Source of the DNA: Psychrobacter cryohalolentis K5
Lineage (GTDB): Bacteria > Pseudomonadota > Gammaproteobacteria > Pseudomonadales > Moraxellaceae
DNA length: 32,000 nucleotides
Assembly: GCF_000013905.1 (NCBI RefSeq)
Contig: NC_007969.1
Location: 2,790,001-2,822,000 of the forward strand
Direction: 5' to 3'
In this document: positions 26,894-32,000 of the stretch, piece by piece
Numbering within the stretch: the stretch's first letter is position 1
Layout: each line of letters begins with the position of its first letter
Notes under the pieces: generated by a model
Database searches by the model: none
Told to the model about the DNA's origin: nothing
What the model saw: the letters and a program-made list of their open reading frames with translations, nothing else
Position numbers and translations under genes: made by a program

Positions 26894-28516
26894 CTAACGA
26901 TTAAACTGTAGCCACTCATCTTTGATTTTACGGTATTTGAGCATGATGCGATCGGTGACATAGTTGTTGTTCACCCGCCAAGGATAGCGATCACCTTGTT
27001 TTGGCAGCTCATCCTTGGCACGGCTGACATACCCTGCTGATAGTGCCCCAAGTACCGTATCTGCCTGCGTTTTCACTTTTTCGTGCTCAGTCTCAGCCTG
27101 CGCACATACTGTTTTGTATCCTTCTTTATTCATATAACTCAGTAAACGCAGCACATACTGACAGGCCAAATCAATCTTCAATGTCCAAGACGCGTTGGTA
27201 TAGCCAAACATGATTGCCATATTTGGTACACCCTCAAGCATCACTGCTTTGTAGGTCATTCGTGCGCCTACATCGATCGACTCCCCATCGACATATAAAG
27301 CTGCACCGCCTAGCATCTGTAATTTTAGACCCGTCGCAGTAACGATGATATCTGCGTCCAAATGCTTGCCTGATGCTAATGCAATACCCGTTGAGGTAAA
27401 CTGGCTTATGCTATCGGTTACCACTTCAGCGCACTTGCTATGCAAAGCTTGAAACAAATCGCTATCAGGTACCGCACACAAACGCTCTTCCCAAGGATTA
27501 TAAGCCGGCTTAAAATGGGCAACATCCACGCCACTACCTTTAAGCTCTTTTCTAACTTTATGGTTTAATAGCGCTTTCATCATCTTTGGCGCATAAATCG
27601 CCACCCGATAAACACCTTGTTGAAACATCACATTGCGCGTACGCAACAAGGTGTACGCCTGTGCTTTTGATAAAGGTGAGAATTTACCTGATAGCCAGTC
27701 AAGCGCATTATCATCGCCTGGTACGCTTGCAACATACGTCGGTGAGCGTTGCAGCATGGTGACATGACGGGCACATTGTTTACTACTTTCATCGACCAAT
27801 GCCGGTATCAGTGTCATCGCCGTCGCGCCACTACCAATGACGACGACCTTTTTATCGTCGTATTGTGTTTCTTGCCAATGCTGCGGGTGGACTATTTCAC
27901 CTTTGAAATTTTCTTCATTTTTAAAATGTGGTCTATAACCAGTTTCATAGTCATAATAACCGGTCGCTCCAACGACAAAGTTTGCCGTTAAGCTCAATAC
28001 TTCACTGGTAGCATGATTTTTAATCATCGCCGTCCATTGCTGACTGTCGCTTGACCATGATAACTGCTGTACTTCATGCTGATAGCGAATATGCTCTACC
28101 ACTTTAAACTCGCGTGCTGTATCAGCAATATAGCTTTTAATGTCTGCACCTTTTGCAAGCATCTTATGATCCAACCACGGACGGAAATTATAGCCAAAAG
28201 TCAGCGCATCCGAGTCAGAACGAATACCAGGATAGGTAAACAAATCCCATGTACCGCCCAAATCCTCACGTTTTTCTACGATTAAAAATCGTTGGCTATT
28301 AAGTTTGAGGCGTTTTTTCTGCTTAACGCTTTTACTATCAAAAAGACTTCGATGACTTTTTTGCGAGCTCTGCTGCTGCAAATGGCAAGCCATGCTGATG
28401 CCTGCGATACCCGCACCAATAATCAGTACCTCATAATCTGCAGGAGCATCTGATGAATAAGGTTTAGCTTTAAAGCGCTTCTTAAGCGCCTGCTTGGCAG
28501 TAGTCATATTAAGCAT
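26894..28516 (-). CDS. Flavin-dependent monooxygenase, Baeyer-Villiger (EthA/AlmA-like) type
   Basis: FAD GxGxxG (IIGAGIAGIS), GGTWDLFTYPGIRSDSD, the BVMO fingerprint FxGxxxHxxxW (FKGEIVHPQHW) and the second dinucleotide fold VVVIGSGATA. AAGGA SD lies before the ATG at 28516. Confidence 0.8.
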   Translation of the reverse strand: MLNMTTAKQALKKRFKAKPYSSDAPADYEVLIIGAGIAGISMACHLQQQSSQKSHRSLFDSKSVKQKKRLKLNSQRFLIVEKREDLGGTWDLFTYPGIRSDSDALTFGYNFRPWLDHKMLAKGADIKSYIADTAREFKVVEHIRYQHEVQQLSWSSDSQQWTAMIKNHATSEVLSLTANFVVGATGYYDYETGYRPHFKNEENFKGEIVHPQHWQETQYDDKKVVVIGSGATAMTLIPALVDESSKQCARHVTMLQRSPTYVASVPGDDNALDWLSGKFSPLSKAQAYTLLRTRNVMFQQGVYRVAIYAPKMMKALLNHKVRKELKGSGVDVAHFKPAYNPWEERLCAVPDSDLFQALHSKCAEVVTDSISQFTSTGIALASGKHLDADIIVTATGLKLQMLGGAALYVDGESIDVGARMTYKAVMLEGVPNMAIMFGYTNASWTLKIDLACQYVLRLLSYMNKEGYKTVCAQAETEHEKVKTQADTVLGALSAGYVSRAKDELPKQGDRYPWRVNNNYVTDRIMLKYRKIKDEWLQFNR

Positions 28517-28652
28517 AATACAATCCTTGTTTTTGCAAGTTGGCTGACCTATTAGAGCGCAGGATGCCTTACTAATTTTCCATAGCAGCTTTACCTAGCA
28601 ACTTTATCTAGTAATTTGCAACAATACTAGATTTTAGTTTATTTTAAAAATA

Positions 28653-29366
28653 CTAAAAAGGCGTTGGACTTTCCCAGTCCATCCACGCTCCAAGCGTTGG
28701 ATGTTTTAGGCGCAGTTGCTGTGCATGTAGATTTAGTCTTGGCGCAATATCCAATGCAATACCTTCTGCATAAATCGGGTCACCAATCATCACATGTCCG
28801 ATATGTACCATATGGACGCGCAGCTGATGACTACGACCAGTGACTGGTTTTAATAGGACGCGAGTTACTATTTGACCATCACATTCTTCATGCGCCAATA
28901 TTTCATATAAAGTCAGCGCATGTTTTGACCAGTTAGGATCGACGATATGACGCGGTTTGGTTGCAGGCTCATAGCGTACTGGTACCGATATCTTGCCAGT
29001 AGCGCCAACGCTGTCCCATTGACCAAACACTCGTGCTTGATAATTTTTTTGCGGTAGTCGGTCGATGAACTGCTTACTAATATTGGTTTGTGCCGCTGCA
29101 TTTTTGGCGAAAATAAGCAGGCCAGAGGTATCCATATCGAGGCGATGAATCAGTTTGACGGCAGGATTGGCACGTTCAAGGCGAGCTAGCAAGCTTACTT
29201 TTAAGCTCTTACCGTCGACACTCAATAGTCCTGCTGGCTTATCGACTACCCAGATATCTTCATCTTCATAGACGGTAACTTTTTTTGCAAATGTTTGAAA
29301 AAAATCAGGCGAACGGGTTTTTTCTTCAGCATTAAGGGCATCGATTTTTTCATCTGTAAAGGGCAT
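28653..29366 (-). CDS. rluA: RluA-family pseudouridine synthase
   Basis: The catalytic motif HRLDMDTSGLLIFAK, KPAGLLSV and GRSHQLRVH are present. Length (237 aa) and collinearity resemble E. coli RluA. Substrate specificity cannot be inferred from sequence alone. Confidence 0.75.
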   Translation of the reverse strand: MPFTDEKIDALNAEEKTRSPDFFQTFAKKVTVYEDEDIWVVDKPAGLLSVDGKSLKVSLLARLERANPAVKLIHRLDMDTSGLLIFAKNAAAQTNISKQFIDRLPQKNYQARVFGQWDSVGATGKISVPVRYEPATKPRHIVDPNWSKHALTLYEILAHEECDGQIVTRVLLKPVTGRSHQLRVHMVHIGHVMIGDPIYAEGIALDIAPRLNLHAQQLRLKHPTLGAWMDWESPTPF

Positions 29367-29719
29367 AAATGTGGGCTACTTATATGAATGGACTTATATT
29401 AATCAGTTCGGATATAAAAATCAGAATCCGTTATAGAATCAAAATGCAAATAATCTTAATGAGCAGTTAAAAGCAAAAATCAATACAGTAGGTAACAGAT
29501 AAAAGCCAACCCTGTATCCTTATGTGTCGATTTATTGTGCTAATCGTAATTGTTAAACAATTTAACCAGTCTACGTCTGTCAACTTTAGGCAAACATGTT
29601 AATATAATGGCAGATTTATACACATTCTTAACATTCGTTAGCTGGTCATCATTTTGGTATGACATTTATTGTTTTATCGATAAATGGTGATACATATAAT
29701 AAAACAAGAGAGAAAAATT

Positions 29720-30046
29720 ATGTCAGACCTTATTGTTAATACCACTGATGCCAACTTTGACCAAGACGTCTTACAATCTGACGTGCCAGTATTAGTTGAT
29801 TTTTGGGCAACATGGTGTGGTCCTTGTAAAGCAATCGCACCTATTTTAGAAGATTTAGCGACTGAGTACCAAGGTAAAGTTAAAATCGTTAAAGTTGACG
29901 TTGATAACAACCCACAAGCGGCAAGCCGTTTTGGTATCCGCAACATTCCTACCCTATTCGTATTTAAAGGTGGCGAAAAAGTGGATTCAGTCATGGGCTT
30001 ACAGCCAAAAGCTGAATTGGCAAAAGTATTAGATAAGCATCTATAA
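29720..30046 (+). CDS. trxA: Thioredoxin 1
   Basis: 108 aa with WATWCGPCK. Collinear with E. coli TrxA. The start is placed at ATG 29720, and the upstream 12-codon extension is rejected. Confidence 0.95.
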   Translation: MSDLIVNTTDANFDQDVLQSDVPVLVDFWATWCGPCKAIAPILEDLATEYQGKVKIVKVDVDNNPQAASRFGIRNIPTLFVFKGGEKVDSVMGLQPKAELAKVLDKHL

Positions 30047-30098
30047 ATTAACGCATGCTTGCTTTGGTCATTCTTAGTAAAAGCGCTGAAAGCATCGT

Positions 30099-30129
30099 AA
30101 ACATCAAAGCCATTATCTGATACAGATAG
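30099..30129 (+). terminator. Rho-independent terminator after trxA
   Basis: gccattatct (30099-30108) / agatagtggc (30114-30123) form a 10-bp stem with one G-U pair. The loop is gatac, followed by tttttt (30124-30129). Confidence 0.75.
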
Positions 30130-30191
30130 TGGCTTTTTTGTTGATTTTATGAGCAAAAAGCTAGATTACTTTACTTTTTTGGCAAAAATTA

Positions 30192-30221
30192 TTGACAATA
30201 CTATCTTTAAGCCCGTATAGT
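30192..30221 (+). promoter_or_regulatory. Candidate sigma70 promoter of rho
   Basis: TTGACA (30192-30197), 18-nt spacer, TATAGT (30216-30221). It lies just downstream of the trxA terminator and would give a leader of about 350 nt. Confidence 0.5.
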
Positions 30222-30575
30222 CTGCTGATAAGAGAACACTAATGGCTCTCCTAAATATCTTGTCGCTATTCTCCTCGTGTTTATCAACAAAAACACCATC
30301 GTCATTATTAAATACCACTACTGACCGAATGACTAAACACAATGACTGATATTGAGTTTTTGACGCAGACTCTTATGTAGATTTCTTTATCTTCACCTTT
30401 TATAACTTGTCTGCCTCTCTTGCGACAAGCTCATAAACTGACACATAAAATCAAAACTACATAAATTTTAACTCTGTATATATACCCTCTATCGCCCTAA
30501 TAACATTGTTTTAATCACTGTCGTGATTTATGAATAATGGCATCTCTCATCTTATCAACTGCTAACGACCTATCT

Positions 30576-31844
30576 ATGAATCTTACTGAATTAAAGAAAA
30601 AATCAATCGCTGAGCTACTGGCCATCGCTAAAGAGATGGGTCTTGATAATATGGCACGTAGCCGTAAACAAGACATTATCTTTGCCATTCTAAAAACTCA
30701 TGCCCGTAACGGTGAGGCCATCTATGGTGATGGTGTGCTTGAAGTGCTCCCTGACGGTTTTGGTTTTTTGCGCTCATCTGAAGGCTCTTATTTAGCAGGT
30801 CCTGATGATATCTATGTCAGCCCAAGCCAAATTCGCCGTTTCAGTCTAAAAACTGGCGACAGTATCGCAGGCACGATTCGTCCACCAAAAGACTCTGAGC
30901 GTTATTTTGCACTATTAAAAGTCGGTGAAATCAACTTTGATACGCCAGACCGCTCACGTCATAAGCTTATCTTTGAAAACTTAACGCCATTATTTCCAAC
31001 TGAGCAGCTAAAACTTGAGCTAGGTAACGGTACGACTGAAGATTTGACTGGTCGTATTATCGACCTGATCGCACCGATTGGTAAAGGTCAGCGCTCTATT
31101 ATTGTGGCACCGCCCAAAGCGGGTAAAACGATGCTGCTACAGTCAATAGCACAATCGATCACTCGTAATAATCCTGAATGCTACCTCATTGTGCTGCTGA
31201 TTGATGAGCGTCCAGAAGAAGTCACCGAGATGGAACGTACTGTACGCGGTGAAGTGGTTGCCTCAACTTTCGATGAGCCGCCACAGCGCCATGTACAAGT
31301 GGCTGAAATGGTCATTGAAAAAGCCAAGCGCTTGGTTGAGCACAAGCAAGACGTGGTCATTCTGCTTGACTCGATTACCCGTCTTGCCCGCGCCTATAAC
31401 ACCGTTATTCCTTCATCAGGTAAAGTGTTGACCGGTGGTTTGGATGCCAATGCGTTAGAGCGCCCAAAACGATTCTTTGGTGCTGCTCGTAATATTGAAG
31501 AAGGCGGCAGCTTGACCATTATCGCCAGTGCCCTTATTGATACTGGTAGTAAAATGGACAGCGTTATCTTTGAAGAATTCAAAGGTACCGGTAACCAAGA
31601 GATTACCCTTGAGCGTGATCTGGCAGAAAAGCGTGTCTTCCCTGCCATTAATATCAAAAAATCGGGTACACGCCGTGAAGAACGTCTGCTTGATGAAGAT
31701 AAGCTGCGTAAAGTTTGGATCCTGCGTAAATTGCTACAGCCGATGGATGGTGTACAAGCAACTGAGTTCTTATTGGACCGCTTAAAAGAAGCCAAAACCA
31801 ATGATGAATTTTTTGAGCAAATGAAGCGTAAATCACAAAATTGA
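30576..31844 (+). CDS. rho: Transcription termination factor Rho
   Basis: 422 aa from ATG 30576 ([15 protein letters not shown]...). The translation shows [14 protein letters not shown], the Walker [21 protein letters not shown] and the RecA-type fold through the C-terminus. The trxA-rho synteny matches enterobacteria. Confidence 0.95.
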   Translation: MNLTELKKKSIAELLAIAKEMGLDNMARSRKQDIIFAILKTHARNGEAIYGDGVLEVLPDGFGFLRSSEGSYLAGPDDIYVSPSQIRRFSLKTGDSIAGTIRPPKDSERYFALLKVGEINFDTPDRSRHKLIFENLTPLFPTEQLKLELGNGTTEDLTGRIIDLIAPIGKGQRSIIVAPPKAGKTMLLQSIAQSITRNNPECYLIVLLIDERPEEVTEMERTVRGEVVASTFDEPPQRHVQVAEMVIEKAKRLVEHKQDVVILLDSITRLARAYNTVIPSSGKVLTGGLDANALERPKRFFGAARNIEEGGSLTIIASALIDTGSKMDSVIFEEFKGTGNQEITLERDLAEKRVFPAINIKKSGTRREERLLDEDKLRKVWILRKLLQPMDGVQATEFLLDRLKEAKTNDEFFEQMKRKSQN

Positions 31845-31897
31845 TTTTAAATCTTTTACGACAATAGAGTTATATAAATAATTGACGTTTTACTCAT

Positions 31898-31930
31898 AAA
31901 GGCTGCCTATAAGGCGGTCTTTTTGTTTTT
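31898..31930 (+). terminator. Rho-independent terminator after rho
   Basis: aaaggctgcc-tataa-ggcggtcttt has an 8-10 bp stem that includes two G-U pairs, followed by ttttgttttt. Confidence 0.6.
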
Positions 31931-32000
31931 ATTACTATTGGCTCTATCATTGGGAATAATTCGCGTCGAGAACAGTTAGCTTACTATCAGGATAAATACA

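Noticed and set aside
29674-30156. 160-aa minus-strand ORF covering all of trxA
   Set aside because: It is antisense to an unmistakable thioredoxin (WCGPC). The sequence looks like junk and the ORF spans the trxA terminator. The long antisense ORFs opposite rho (31394..31801), mutY (16721..17167) and the kinase gene (23945..24235) are rejected for the same reason.
1-32000. Scan for a mobile element, genomic island, CRISPR array, tRNA/rRNA genes or a defence or toxin-antitoxin locus
   Set aside because: I saw none of the following:
- transposase, integrase or recombinase-like ORFs
- long terminal inverted repeats
- spaced identical repeats
- tRNA-like T-arm or acceptor sequences in the intergenic regions
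- small paired ORFs typical of toxin-antitoxin systems

Gene content is housekeeping and synteny blocks (corC-lnt, trxA-rho) are intact. By eye the window is ordinary core chromosome.

Overview
This is a chromosomal, mostly core-genome window from a moderately AT-rich gammaproteobacterium. The proteins look Moraxellaceae/Psychrobacter-like; that is my recognition of the sequences, not a search result.

21 genes are supportable, 20 intact and one frame-disrupted. In window order:
- an acidic coiled-coil orphan
- a long-form aminopeptidase P
- a POT peptide transporter
- a small Ala/Thr-rich membrane-anchored protein
- lnt and corC
- a frame-disrupted DUF4105/Lnb-like membrane protein
- ycgN
- a dienelactone hydrolase
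- a 1045-aa DUF2339-type polytopic protein
- ylqF/rbgA, mutY, tesB and rapA
- a Cache-HAMP histidine kinase with a tandem-REC response regulator that has no output domain
- a D-2-hydroxyacid dehydrogenase
- an EthA/AlmA-type Baeyer-Villiger monooxygenase
- an RluA-family pseudouridine synthase
- trxA and rho

Most transcription units end in clear rho-independent hairpins. I found no tRNA or rRNA, CRISPR array, transposase or integrase, phage genes or recognisable defence or toxin genes, and no obvious compositional island. I therefore cannot honestly nominate a discrete novel multi-gene system in this window.

The items most worth a second look are:
1. The DUF4105/Lnb-like gene is divergent from corC-lnt. 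Its reading frame changes by -1 exactly at a T TTC CCA heptamer.
2. The sensor kinase and double-receiver regulator pair sits behind a 708-bp AT-rich intergenic region that carries a 59-bp imperfect palindrome.
3. A perfect in-frame 12-bp tandem repeat, (PISL)n, lies inside the DUF2339 gene.
4. Several short tandem or palindromic motifs occur in promoter regions, upstream of pepP and of the DUF2339 gene.

All family assignments rest on motifs I can read in the translations. None has been checked against a database.
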